Shown here: piece by piece, positions 1 through 9,456 of the stretch
Position numbering within the stretch: the stretch's first letter is position 1
Layout of the letters: every line of letters begins with the position of its first letter
Translations under genes and position numbers: made by a program
Virus record (IMG/VR): IMGVR_UViG_3300032421_000021
Span: 1 to 24,923 of that record
DNA: 24,923 bases
DNA from: a virus
Lineage: Duplodnaviria > Caudoviricetes
Direction: 5' to 3' (one strand)
The notes under the pieces: generated by a model
What the model was told of the DNA's origin: nothing
Database searches by the model: none
The model's input: only the letters and a program-made list of their open reading frames with translations

Positions 1-480
1 TCTTCCCGTGTAGACAATATTTATACGTTGCCATTTTCCTACAATGTTGAACGTGGTGTGGGAGGGGGTACCTTTGGTGCCTATTTTATTCCCGATCAGC
101 CTTACGTAATGAAGATGAAGGCGAAAATATTTCTTGTGGACGTGACATTGACCACTGATTTACAAGACGTAACACAGAGCTTTACAAATCCATACAATAT
201 TCCTAACTACACGACCTATACATTTATCAATAACGGAATACAGGGATATGACACTTCCTACATAGAATACTTGCGCTACAAACTTGCACAATATATGTGC
301 AGTGAGTACGGAATTTTGTTTAATCCAGAATCAGAAAAAATACTTACATCATATCAAAGAAAACTCATGTATATGGGGCCACCTGATTTAAGTGGCAAGA
401 AGCTATCTATTTTGTACGCGAACTCAAACCCAGGATACAACTGGGGAGATGTAAACATAGGCCATGGGTGGCGTCCATGA
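1..480 (+). CDS. Head-to-tail adaptor / packaged-DNA stabilisation protein (P22 gp4-like), probably 5'-truncated by the window edge
   Basis: Frame is open from base 1. The C-terminal 'YIEYLRYKLAQYMCSEYG' resembles the helix motif of gp4-like adaptors. It lies immediately upstream of the gp10-like gene, with ATGA overlap at 477-480. Confidence 0.6.
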   Translation, partial: SSRVDNIYTLPFSYNVERGVGGGTFGAYFIPDQPYVMKMKAKIFLVDVTLTTDLQDVTQSFTNPYNIPNYTTYTFINNGIQGYDTSYIEYLRYKLAQYMCSEYGILFNPESEKILTSYQRKLMYMGPPDLSGKKLSILYANSNPGYNWGDVNIGHGWRP

Positions 481-2441
481 TAACCAGAGGGCAGAACTTT
501 AGGCAATTTCCATTGAACATCGTTGGGAGTTCTATATTCGGTCGCTATCCAAAAATCAATATTGAAAAAACCTACAACATGTTCATGAGTGACAAGTTCA
601 TGGTTCCATATGCTGGCTACCAAATAGCCATGGACGCCTCAAATTTCAACAATGCAAAAGAGGGAAGGGGGGCATTCACCAGCACTAAGTTTGACAGAAT
701 AGTAACTGTAATGGGAAACCAGGCATATCTCGTAAACATAGAATTTAATATCCAGATGAACCGAGTTGTCTTTTCTCAAGCCATTCCGATAGGAACGCTA
801 CAAACTTCAACAGGCCCCGTATTTATCCAAGAGAACAACAAGCCTCAGATTGGAATTTCAGACGGAACAGCATTCTATATTTATGACCCATCACTTGCGC
901 CTAATCCGACATTTGTCACCGTTCCTTTGACTTTCACCCCAGGATACCTAACGTTCCATGATACCTATTTTATTCTTGCCGCCAAGAACGACAATTCAGC
1001 GTCTCTCGCGGTAACGCCTGCTAACAACACATGGCATATATCTTTAAGCAACGAAGGTTATTTGGATTCAACCCCTTTTACGAGTGCGGCCAATGTTGTT
1101 ACTCCCACAAACCCACTAACAATTTCTGCAGGAAGCCAGATTGTATTTGTTGGAACCACCACCCTGATACCTGGAACAATTTATTATGCTGGAAACTTTT
1201 CTGGAAACACTTTCCAGGTTTTTGGTACTTTTAGTGATGCAATAAACAACGTGAACCCCTTGGCCACAGACGCTTCAGGAACTGTGGGTGTAAGCGCGTG
1301 GCCTGACAATGCAGCAGGCATTGGACTTCTACAGACAAAGCCTGATAACACACAAGCCGTTGTTCGTTTCCCTTCTAAGGGAAATATGATCTTTGTCATG
1401 GGAAGCATAGTCACAGAAGCATGGTTCGATACAGGCGCTCAAGGGTTTCCATATCAAAGAACTAATCAGTTCAACATAGACTACGGGTGCCTAAGTCCTG
1501 CTACTGTGGCTTATATGGATGAGATTGTGGTATGGCTTGCTCAAAATGAGAAGTCAGGGCCCATAATCGTTTATAGCGATGGGGGGATGCCTAAGAAGAT
1601 AACCACTGATGGCATAGATTTTTTGTTCTCAACATTGCAAAACCCACAAGATTCTCAAGGGTTCCTGTACAGGCAAGATGGCCATCTTTTCTACCACATA
1701 AACTTTTACAGTGACAACCTGTCATTGTTCTACGATTTTAACGCTGACAAGTTCTATCATGCATGCGACCAAAACCTAAATTACTTTATTGCCGCAGAAA
1801 TAGCGTTCTTCAATAACCAATATTACTTCGTGTCCAAGAACACAGGCTGTCTATACGCCTTTGATACGACCTTTTACACCTACCAAGACGTGAATAGCCA
1901 AGGTGTAAAAGAGATACATGAAGTACCCAGAATTCGCACTTGCGCGAACGTTCGCACCCCTGATCAGTGTTACGAAATCATCAATGACTTAGGATTTACG
2001 ATTGAGAGTGGCGAGACAGACTACCAGCAACAAGACCTAGGAGAAATCATCCTTATTACACAGGATAGAAACATCCTAATCACACAAGGAAAATCAGATA
2101 GGCTTGTAACACAAGATGATATGCCGCTCATTGCACAAGATGGAACGTTCTTCGTGACCCAACAAACAAACGCGGCGCAATCTGCATGGCTTATTGCTCA
2201 ACAAAACGCCAACACGGGAACGACAAACCTTTCATTGCCGCATGTAGACCTATCTATATCAACAGATGGAGGGGCTACCTTTGGAAACGAATGGGCGTAT
2301 TACCTGCCCCCCATAGGTCATCGTAAGAACCGCCTTATGTGGTGGCAAATAGGAATAGCAAATGATTTTGTGCCTCAATTTAAGTTTTGGGGTCTTGGGC
2401 GTTTTGTGGCCACTGATGGCCTTGTAAGTGCGAGGACATAA
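477..2441 (+). CDS. Tail hub/nozzle, packaged-DNA stabilisation protein (P22 gp10-like)
   Basis: About 654 aa, beta-rich. Motifs 'TEAWFDTG..FPYQR..DYGCLSP', 'LYRQDGHLFYHINF' and C-terminal 'LSISTDGGATFGNE..G..RLMWWQIG' are typical of gp10-like proteins. ATG 477 is coupled to the upstream stop (the ORF track starts at GTG 468). Confidence 0.8.
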   Translation: MITRGQNFRQFPLNIVGSSIFGRYPKINIEKTYNMFMSDKFMVPYAGYQIAMDASNFNNAKEGRGAFTSTKFDRIVTVMGNQAYLVNIEFNIQMNRVVFSQAIPIGTLQTSTGPVFIQENNKPQIGISDGTAFYIYDPSLAPNPTFVTVPLTFTPGYLTFHDTYFILAAKNDNSASLAVTPANNTWHISLSNEGYLDSTPFTSAANVVTPTNPLTISAGSQIVFVGTTTLIPGTIYYAGNFSGNTFQVFGTFSDAINNVNPLATDASGTVGVSAWPDNAAGIGLLQTKPDNTQAVVRFPSKGNMIFVMGSIVTEAWFDTGAQGFPYQRTNQFNIDYGCLSPATVAYMDEIVVWLAQNEKSGPIIVYSDGGMPKKITTDGIDFLFSTLQNPQDSQGFLYRQDGHLFYHINFYSDNLSLFYDFNADKFYHACDQNLNYFIAAEIAFFNNQYYFVSKNTGCLYAFDTTFYTYQDVNSQGVKEIHEVPRIRTCANVRTPDQCYEIINDLGFTIESGETDYQQQDLGEIILITQDRNILITQGKSDRLVTQDDMPLIAQDGTFFVTQQTNAAQSAWLIAQQNANTGTTNLSLPHVDLSISTDGGATFGNEWAYYLPPIGHRKNRLMWWQIGIANDFVPQFKFWGLGRFVATDGLVSART

Positions 2442-2443
2442 AG

Positions 2444-2812
2444 ATGGCACTTACACAAAACCCAAAAGCCATATTCCCAGACCTACCAAGGGAAACCCCT
2501 ACAATAGACAAGGATGGGCACTTAAGCCCTCTTTGGTCTCTTGGGTTTGCAAGCCTTTTTCAGGCGCTGCAGAAGAACTTTCGCAACACTGGTATTTTGT
2601 TTCCGTCGATTACTACAGATGAGGCAAATGAGGTTGTGGCGATTTATAGCCCTTATATTGGATCTCCTCTACCACCAGGGCTTGACAATGTAAGTGGCCA
2701 GACTGCTTTTAATACGACGCTTTCATTGCCACAGATTTTTATTATTGCTTTTGACACAAGAACGCCTCCTAACATTACAGGCGTGAAGTGGTGGACGTTT
2801 ACGATTACTTAA
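2444..2812 (+). CDS. Hypothetical virion protein downstream of the tail hub
   Basis: 122 aa, tightly packed in the late operon. Confidence 0.65.
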   Translation: MALTQNPKAIFPDLPRETPTIDKDGHLSPLWSLGFASLFQALQKNFRNTGILFPSITTDEANEVVAIYSPYIGSPLPPGLDNVSGQTAFNTTLSLPQIFIIAFDTRTPPNITGVKWWTFTIT

Positions 2813-2822
2813 GGACAAGAAC

Positions 2823-3461
2823 ATGGCACTTACGGACACTGGAAGATTAGGTCTAGGACTTGGGGCTGGTGGAATACTTGGCGGCCTTGGAGGCTATTTT
2901 TTTGGGGGCAACAAGAACCCAGCAGATGCTGCCAACGATTATATAAACAAAATACCAGGGGCTACTTCTCCATATTATACGCCATGGTTCAATGCTGGCA
3001 AAGACACATTGCCGAAGCTTCAAGGACAGTATGACACATTAACAAACGATCCAGGCGGAAAATATAACGACATTGGTAAAAGCTTTCACGAGTCTCCGGG
3101 GTTTAGGTTTGCCGTACAACAGGCTTTGCAAGGTTCTGGGCATCAGGCAGCAGCAGGAGGAATGGCAGGAAGCCCTGAACACCAACAGCACAATATGGAG
3201 TTGGCCACGAACCTTGCCAACCAGGATTATTACAATTACATGACTGGAGCAACTGGGTTATACGGTGAAGGTCTTCACGGCATGCAAGATCTTTCTCATC
3301 AAGGGGCGGATGCTGGAAAATCTATGGCAGACATGATTGCACAAGCGCTTGCCCAACAAGGAAATTATTCCTATGAAGGAACCGCCGGAAAGAACAATGC
3401 GAATAATTCATTATGGTCAAGCATTGGTTCTGGTCTTGGTCTTTTTGGTGCGTTTTTATAA
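2823..3461 (+). CDS. DNA ejection/transfer protein (P22 gp7-like)
   Basis: Gly/Ala-rich hydrophobic ends and 'SPGFRFAVQQALQG..AAAGGMAGS' motif; RBS AAGGA; synteny. Confidence 0.65.
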   Translation: MALTDTGRLGLGLGAGGILGGLGGYFFGGNKNPADAANDYINKIPGATSPYYTPWFNAGKDTLPKLQGQYDTLTNDPGGKYNDIGKSFHESPGFRFAVQQALQGSGHQAAAGGMAGSPEHQQHNMELATNLANQDYYNYMTGATGLYGEGLHGMQDLSHQGADAGKSMADMIAQALAQQGNYSYEGTAGKNNANNSLWSSIGSGLGLFGAFL

Positions 3462-3476
3462 TGTAAGGACTAAATC

Positions 3477-4376
3477 ATGACATTTACATTTTCACAAGCT
3501 CGTCCTTTAAAGCCACAAGAGGTAAACCCTTTTGCGAACCTTGTTTCTAATGCATTGCATGGTTATTCGCAAGGAATGAAAGCTGCTTATCTTCCACAAG
3601 AAATTGAGGCAGATATTTTTTCTAAAAAGTTAGGCCCATTAGCAACTCTTGCAACGACGCCTATGTTTTTACAAAACCCACAGTTCCAGGAAGCACTTGG
3701 CAATATGATAATGCAAGCGCTGCCTTATGGTGGAAAGGAATTTACAGGAATCCATCCAAATAAACTACCAACCTATGCCAACCAAGTTAACAAAGACGTA
3801 CAAGAGGCCAAGGGATATGCAGCCAATTTATCAAAGGCAGGCAAGGGGAAAGTAGCTATTTCAGGGGCTGCAGGAACAACCGAAAACTATCTCGGAGATA
3901 TGGGCAAGCATTTAATAAATGCATTCAATGGCATGTTTGGCACACATATAAGTTCAGGATTGGCAAAGGAGCAAAATGCCTTCGCGGACAAAATAAACAA
4001 CTTTAAGAACATCGCAATACAAACACATAAGCTTACGCGTCGTGACGCGGAAGAAACTTTTTCTTTGAAGAAAAATGAAACCCCAGAACAAGGCTTGAAA
4101 CGCATGATGAAACAAAACCCTTGGCTTTTCGAACAAGGTGGGGAGACAGAAAGCAATGCTCCCATGGACAAAGAAGATGAGAACAACAGAGACAATATTG
4201 ACCTCACGCAGGCTGCTAAGTTTTCAAAACAAATACAAAAAAAATATGGCATAGATGTTCCCGAGACTTTGATTTTTAACTATATGCAACAAAGGCCAGG
4301 CGACATTGATTTAATGGATTTGTTAAAGACCGCTGGAATTAGTGACGCACAACTTAAGAAGGCGGGGCTTAAATGA
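3477..4376 (+). CDS. Putative DNA ejection protein (gp20 position)
   Basis: 299 aa, helical Ala/Gln/Lys-rich; second of three genes after the hub; RBS AAGGA. Confidence 0.5.
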   Translation: MTFTFSQARPLKPQEVNPFANLVSNALHGYSQGMKAAYLPQEIEADIFSKKLGPLATLATTPMFLQNPQFQEALGNMIMQALPYGGKEFTGIHPNKLPTYANQVNKDVQEAKGYAANLSKAGKGKVAISGAAGTTENYLGDMGKHLINAFNGMFGTHISSGLAKEQNAFADKINNFKNIAIQTHKLTRRDAEETFSLKKNETPEQGLKRMMKQNPWLFEQGGETESNAPMDKEDENNRDNIDLTQAAKFSKQIQKKYGIDVPETLIFNYMQQRPGDIDLMDLLKTAGISDAQLKKAGLK

Positions 4377-5428
4377 CACAGAGAAAAATAATCTGGCCTG
4401 GTGAAAAGACCGATAGCACAAGAAAAATAAACTTCCCTTCAAAAGAACATCAATCGGAAGGCATGGCGCTTTTACATAAGATAGGGGAGGCCCTTGGTGG
4501 AGGAGGGGCTGGTATTGCCCATGGGCTTAATGACATTGGTGCAAACGTAGCACAGTTTCTTTTTGATGCATATTCTTGGGCAACAGGAAACCCTGCTTTT
4601 CAGGTTCCTAGGGCAAACTTAAAACAATATGCACCAAACACAGATATAGGACAAACATCCGAAAAGGTTGGGGAGTTTATTGCGCCATTTATCGGATCTC
4701 CTGCATTGGCGGCTGAGTCAGGCGCAGGACGTGCATTATTTGGAGGGAAGGTACTGCCTAGGGTTGCCCTTGATTCTCTTCTTGGTGCTGCTGAATCAGA
4801 AAATAGAAAGAGTGGTGCGGCCTTTGGTGCTTTGGCTCCTGCTGCAGGAAAAGCAATTAAGTTCGTAAAAGAAACTCCGATGACCCAAAGATTGGCTGCT
4901 AAGAAATTGGAAAAAGCGAGAAAGTTAGCAGGCGGGGAAAATATTGGTATCCCCATGAGCGGAAACTTTATTAGGGACATGGAATATCAAATGCTATCTA
5001 AGCACTTGCAACCCAGCAAATTACAGCTTGGCAACCTCATGTCTCAAGCATCCCAAGGATCTTATCCTGCATACCACGATTTGCAATCAGCTCTCGGGGA
5101 TATTAGCAGAGAGCTGCAACACCCAACAGCAGAAAACCATAAAGGAATCATAGGTGCAATTGCAAGCTTATTTAGCAGGCCTAAAACCACCGCTTCCGAA
5201 CGTTTGACAGCCCGAGAACTGGACAAGATAAGAGAAGAATACATAAAAAATGCAATGGAACATCTTAAAAAAACTGGGAAAAAGAAAATAGCAGACTTAG
5301 AAACACAGGGAAGGAAAGAGTACAGCAATTACAAAAGGTTCTTGCCGTACAGAAATACTTTGATTGGAAGTATGTTAGGAGCGGTTCCAGGTGCGGCTTA
5401 CATAAAGCACATCATGAACCATGACTAA
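4373..5428 (+). CDS. Putative DNA ejection protein (gp16 position)
   Basis: 351 aa with Gly/Ala-rich amphipathic segments; ATGA overlap with the previous gene. Confidence 0.5.
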   Translation: MTQRKIIWPGEKTDSTRKINFPSKEHQSEGMALLHKIGEALGGGGAGIAHGLNDIGANVAQFLFDAYSWATGNPAFQVPRANLKQYAPNTDIGQTSEKVGEFIAPFIGSPALAAESGAGRALFGGKVLPRVALDSLLGAAESENRKSGAAFGALAPAAGKAIKFVKETPMTQRLAAKKLEKARKLAGGENIGIPMSGNFIRDMEYQMLSKHLQPSKLQLGNLMSQASQGSYPAYHDLQSALGDISRELQHPTAENHKGIIGAIASLFSRPKTTASERLTARELDKIREEYIKNAMEHLKKTGKKKIADLETQGRKEYSNYKRFLPYRNTLIGSMLGAVPGAAYIKHIMNHD

Positions 5429-5538
5429 AGATATCTTCTATCTAGTTCTTTGCTTTCTTCATCATCATCAAGCCAGTAGCCAAGGAAAAACCTAGCGATG
5501 GCATAGAAGATTATGAATATTAATATGCAACTTAACAT
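5425..5538 (-). CDS. 37-aa single-pass membrane protein (MLSCILIFIIFYAIARFFLGYWLDDDEESKELDRRYL), moron-like; not in the ORF track
   Basis: Translated by hand: ATG at 5538, TAG at 5427-5425. Hydrophobic N-terminus with acidic tail. Has its own consensus promoter upstream. Confidence 0.7.
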   Translation of the reverse strand: MLSCILIFIIFYAIARFFLGYWLDDDEESKELDRRYL

Positions 5539-5573
5539 AGTGTCTCGTAATTAGTTATAGTGTTTAAACGGTA

Positions 5574-5603
5574 ATTATAGTAGTCAAGGATTGATTATGT
5601 CAA
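5574..5603 (-). promoter_or_regulatory. Perfect sigma70 promoter TTGACA-N18-TATAAT driving the reverse small ORF
   Basis: Plus strand reads tgtcaa at 5598-5603 and attata at 5574-5579. Confidence 0.75.
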
Positions 5604-7582
5604 CATTTTCAGGGAACGTAAATTTACTTGTAGCAGCACCAATGCTACAAGATTTTCTGGTGGATAAAGATGGTACTGCCATGTCCGCGGGCAAGATTAC
5701 ATGCTACCACGATAATAGCCGTACAACGCTTAAAAACTGGTACTATCAAACAGGAACGCCTGGTGCATATACCTATACAGCCCTTCCTAACCCTTTGACC
5801 CTATCCGCCGCAGGCACTATTTGTGATGTAAATGGTGTAGATACCATACCCTTTTTCTATCCCGTAAGCGAAACGGATTCAACAAAGCCAGATCCTTATT
5901 ACATCACCATTGTAAACCATGCGCAAACTAACCAGATAACACGCGCCAATTTTCCCTTTGTTTCTGGAAGTGGCGGCAATGTTACGACTACGGACAGTTT
6001 TAACAACCTTATTGTTAATGGTGGGTTTTACAGAAACCTACAACCTAACAACCTTGCCCCTGGGTCATCTAATACAAGTGTAAACTTGAGCAGTTCAACG
6101 CAGATTGTGGTAGCACCCAGTCAACACGATGGGTTTCAATATCCCGACATACAGTTCTTTAAAACAAACACAAGTGGTACGGACGCTGTTACCTTTATAC
6201 CTTTCCCTCTGGGAAGTAATGTTCCTGTAACAAATTTTGTTTCCACTGAATATTATCTTTCTCATGATTGTTCCGGTGCGAACACGGGGAATACTCAGAA
6301 ATGCTATCAATTTCCGATATCACTCCATATTAACTCTCTTGCAAACCAGCAATATACGGTGTCTATACAGGCTCAAAATGGAGGTGCTTCTCCTGCGACA
6401 ATTTCTCTTTATATGTTTCAAGATACCGGTTCTGGAACATCTGCTCCTTCCCCTGTGATTATAGGGCAAATTGCCTTAAGCACTACATGGACGACATATA
6501 CATTTACAAGTGTTTTCCCTGCAACCACAGGACTCACATTAAGCAAGGGCTCGGATGATGCCTTATATCTACAGGTGCAAATGCCTTTGAATGCTGTTGC
6601 CACTGTAAACTTTACAAAGCCATCTATTTACCTAACAAACAACATTATCCCGAACAATGATTATCAAACCTATGACCAAGTTGATTCAATCATCAATAGC
6701 CCACGCACCGGGGACATTAGGGTAAGCGTAAATCCTTTTTATAACTCTAATCAAAAATGGATCTACGGATGGGTCCCAATGAATGACGGAACAATTGGCA
6801 ACCCATCATCTAGTTCCACAACTCGTGCAAACTCTGATACGTGGCAGCTTTTTAGCATGCTTTGGAATTTGGCGAAGCCCTATGATTCAGGTTCTAACTC
6901 AAACCCAATATGCCAACTTTATACAAGCGCGGGGTCTGCAACTAATTATGGTGGTAGCGCTATAGCAGACTTCAATGCAAATAGGCGTCTTGCCATTACT
7001 CGCATGATAGGTAAGGTAATGCTTGGGAGCGTTCCTTTAAGTGCGTTGCTTGCTGCAACACCAACCATATTAGGGCAGTCATCGGTCGTAACTGATTCTA
7101 GTTCCAGTGGTCTTCTGTTTACTACCTCAGCATCAAATTTACTAAACCTGTTTCTTGGAAATACCGTTACGTTCCAAAATACAGGAGGTGCTTTAAATTC
7201 AAACATTATTGCAAACTTCGTGTATTACGTGGTGCCTATTAGCACCACTACATTCAAGGTGGCCGTATCTTTTGCAGCAGCTATGGCGGGTACAGTTGTA
7301 GGCTTCGGAACCCCAGGAACAGGAACAACAACAGCTTATTTGCAGTATACAGGTTCATCAGAAGGAGAATATGCGCATACGCAATTAATGGGTGAGCTTG
7401 CAGCGCACAATCATACACCATTGACCATTGCAGGTACATTTATGGTATCTGGTGCTGGCACTGCAGACGTGGTACCAGGAGGGGTTATAGGAACAAATGC
7501 ATTTACAAGTACTACAGGATCGAGTACCCCATTTAACGTTACACAACCTGGAACATTTTACAACATGTTTATAAAACTGTGA
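5597..7582 (+). CDS. Tail fibre / receptor-binding-type protein with N-terminal virion-attachment region and C-terminal collar-like motif
   Basis: N-terminal 'FLVDKDGTAMSAGKITCY..NPLTLSAAG' resembles podovirus tailspike/fibre anchors. C-terminal 'GEYAHTQLMGELAAHNH..PFNVTQPGTFYNMFIKL' resembles tail-collar/fibre tips. RBS AAGGA at 5586-5590 favours ATG 5597. Confidence 0.7.
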   Translation: MSTFSGNVNLLVAAPMLQDFLVDKDGTAMSAGKITCYHDNSRTTLKNWYYQTGTPGAYTYTALPNPLTLSAAGTICDVNGVDTIPFFYPVSETDSTKPDPYYITIVNHAQTNQITRANFPFVSGSGGNVTTTDSFNNLIVNGGFYRNLQPNNLAPGSSNTSVNLSSSTQIVVAPSQHDGFQYPDIQFFKTNTSGTDAVTFIPFPLGSNVPVTNFVSTEYYLSHDCSGANTGNTQKCYQFPISLHINSLANQQYTVSIQAQNGGASPATISLYMFQDTGSGTSAPSPVIIGQIALSTTWTTYTFTSVFPATTGLTLSKGSDDALYLQVQMPLNAVATVNFTKPSIYLTNNIIPNNDYQTYDQVDSIINSPRTGDIRVSVNPFYNSNQKWIYGWVPMNDGTIGNPSSSSTTRANSDTWQLFSMLWNLAKPYDSGSNSNPICQLYTSAGSATNYGGSAIADFNANRRLAITRMIGKVMLGSVPLSALLAATPTILGQSSVVTDSSSSGLLFTTSASNLLNLFLGNTVTFQNTGGALNSNIIANFVYYVVPISTTTFKVAVSFAAAMAGTVVGFGTPGTGTTTAYLQYTGSSEGEYAHTQLMGELAAHNHTPLTIAGTFMVSGAGTADVVPGGVIGTNAFTSTTGSSTPFNVTQPGTFYNMFIKL

Positions 7583-7632
7583 TTTTTAAACACGACACGA
7601 GAACGTGTCGAAATTAAGGGAATTTTTAAACA
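7582..7632. repeat. Hairpin CGACACG-agaa-CGTGTCG flanked by the 11-bp direct repeat ATTTTTAAACA
   Basis: Inverted arms at 7593-7599 and 7604-7610; direct repeats at 7582-7592 and 7622-7632. Confidence 0.7.
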
Positions 7633-7647
7633 TACGGAGATAAATAG

Positions 7648-8007
7648 ATGTCAATTATTAGACAATTAATATTCGGTCGTGACATGCAAGGATACAACGC
7701 CTATGCACCACTTGACGCATCAATAAAGTATAGTGCCACCCTCACAAACGGCAATGCCACAAGCATTACAGTCCCTTCAAGCCATGCAACTTGGATTGCT
7801 GCATTTAGCACGCAACCTGGGGGCAATGTATACGTGGACTTCTCAGGTGCCACGGCGGCCATTCCAGCGGGAGCAACACTTGCTGCTACTACATCAAGCC
7901 TAAACCCAGGCCAAAGAACAGTGTTTGCTGGTGGGACAATAAGCGTTATTACAGATGATACGACATGTGATGTTGGCATCGAACTATGGCCTACGGGTAA
8001 CAACTAA
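7648..8007 (+). CDS. Small beta-rich virion protein
   Basis: 119 aa, Thr/Ala-rich, RBS GGAG. Confidence 0.65.
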   Translation: MSIIRQLIFGRDMQGYNAYAPLDASIKYSATLTNGNATSITVPSSHATWIAAFSTQPGGNVYVDFSGATAAIPAGATLAATTSSLNPGQRTVFAGGTISVITDDTTCDVGIELWPTGNN

Positions 8008-8201
8008 TGAGAATGGAAAGAGACAGCTATTGCCATGGATTTCGTATGGATAAACCCATACGAATTGCAACAGACAACGTTATGGGACAGGTACATAACC
8101 CTGAGTTTAGCCCAGTACCTCCAATCGTTGAAGGCTATTTCTTGTTGCTTGATGGTACGAACTTTCTTTTGCTGGATGGCGAGAATTTAACTTTATTATG
8201 A
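8007..8201 (+). CDS. Small virion-associated protein with tandem 'FLLLDG' repeat
   Basis: 64 aa, TAATG coupling; C-terminus YFLLLDGTNFLLLDGENLTLL. Confidence 0.6.
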   Translation: MRMERDSYCHGFRMDKPIRIATDNVMGQVHNPEFSPVPPIVEGYFLLLDGTNFLLLDGENLTLL

Positions 8202-8212
8202 GGTGGACTTAG

Positions 8213-8881
8213 ATGTCTAAGAACATAAACCAGGTCTATATGACCAACCCAATTACATCGAATGCCGCAACTGACCTTATGTATTTCGGACAATCTCCCT
8301 ATGCTGCAAATGACGATGCTGCAATGACATATTCAAACTTTTCAGCACAGTTTGTTTTATCAACGCTTCCAACCCATAACGCTGTTCTTACGACGAACGC
8401 AACAGGCGTTATAACACCAATTGTCGTAACAAATGGCCAGGTGGTCATAGGAAACACAGCAGGTGCGCCTTTAGCTGCCACGCTTACCGCAAGCACAGGC
8501 ATAAGCATTACAAATGGCGCAAACAGCATAACAATCGCATCTAATGGTGCAAATCCCTGGGTTGACCAGACAACAAACTCGGTAACTCTCGCAATTAATA
8601 CAGGCTATACGAGTGACGCAGGAGCTTCTCTTGTGACTTTCACCTTACCTGCTTCATCTAGCATTGGAGATTGGGTGGAAATAAACGGAAAAGGGGCGGG
8701 TGGATGGACGATTGCTCAAGCCGCCGGACAATCAATACATTACGGAAACCTAACAACTACGGTAGGTGTTACAGGCGCGCTTTCCTCTTCTAACCAATGG
8801 GACTGTGTGCGTCTTCGATGTGTAACAGCTAATACCACATGGACGGTCGTAAGCAGTGTTGGAAACTTAACAGTGGCATAA
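8213..8881 (+). CDS. Tail/fibre-associated structural protein, paralog 1
   Basis: Shares the C-terminal domain 'TLPASS.IGD..GKGAGGW.IAQ..GQ..GN..NQWD..C.TANT..GNLTVA' with the next two genes. Confidence 0.7.
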   Translation: MSKNINQVYMTNPITSNAATDLMYFGQSPYAANDDAAMTYSNFSAQFVLSTLPTHNAVLTTNATGVITPIVVTNGQVVIGNTAGAPLAATLTASTGISITNGANSITIASNGANPWVDQTTNSVTLAINTGYTSDAGASLVTFTLPASSSIGDWVEINGKGAGGWTIAQAAGQSIHYGNLTTTVGVTGALSSSNQWDCVRLRCVTANTTWTVVSSVGNLTVA

Positions 8882-8898
8882 ACTAAGGATAGTTAAAA

Positions 8899-9447
8899 AT
8901 GACAACTAATAATGCAATTAATAACGCCTCACCCAATATCGCAGCACATAGCATCGTTTTGAGCCAGGCTGCATCTAACCAAACAGGGCTTCTATTGGGC
9001 GCGGGACAATTGGCAATAGGCACGACCTCGAGCGACCCGTCTGCCGCAGCTCTTACAGCGGGCACAGGTATAAGTATTAGTTCCGTTTCTGGTTCTGTCA
9101 CCATATCAAGCACGGGCATTGGTTCTCTGGTTTGGAACGATGTTTCAGGCACAACACAAACAGCGGTAGTCAACAATGGCTACATCATATCTAATGCATC
9201 ACAGACCACCGTCACCATTCCTGCAACTGCCGCAGAAGGTTCAGTATTCGCAGTGCAGGGCAAAGGCGCTGGTGGCTGGATATTGGCAATGAATACGGGG
9301 CAAACGTGCCACTTTGGAAATTCCGCCACATCAAGTGCCGGAAGCCTTACAAGTACTAACCAATGGGATTCTGTAGCAATAGTATGCGTTACAGCCAACA
9401 CGACGTTTGCAGTAACGACCGTACAAGGGAATTTAACCGTAGCATAA
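8899..9447 (+). CDS. Tail/fibre-associated structural protein, paralog 2
   Basis: Same C-terminal domain; N-terminus MTTNNAINN resembles that of the 10237 gene. Confidence 0.7.
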   Translation: MTTNNAINNASPNIAAHSIVLSQAASNQTGLLLGAGQLAIGTTSSDPSAAALTAGTGISISSVSGSVTISSTGIGSLVWNDVSGTTQTAVVNNGYIISNASQTTVTIPATAAEGSVFAVQGKGAGGWILAMNTGQTCHFGNSATSSAGSLTSTNQWDSVAIVCVTANTTFAVTTVQGNLTVA

Positions 9448-9456
9448 GGAATTGTC

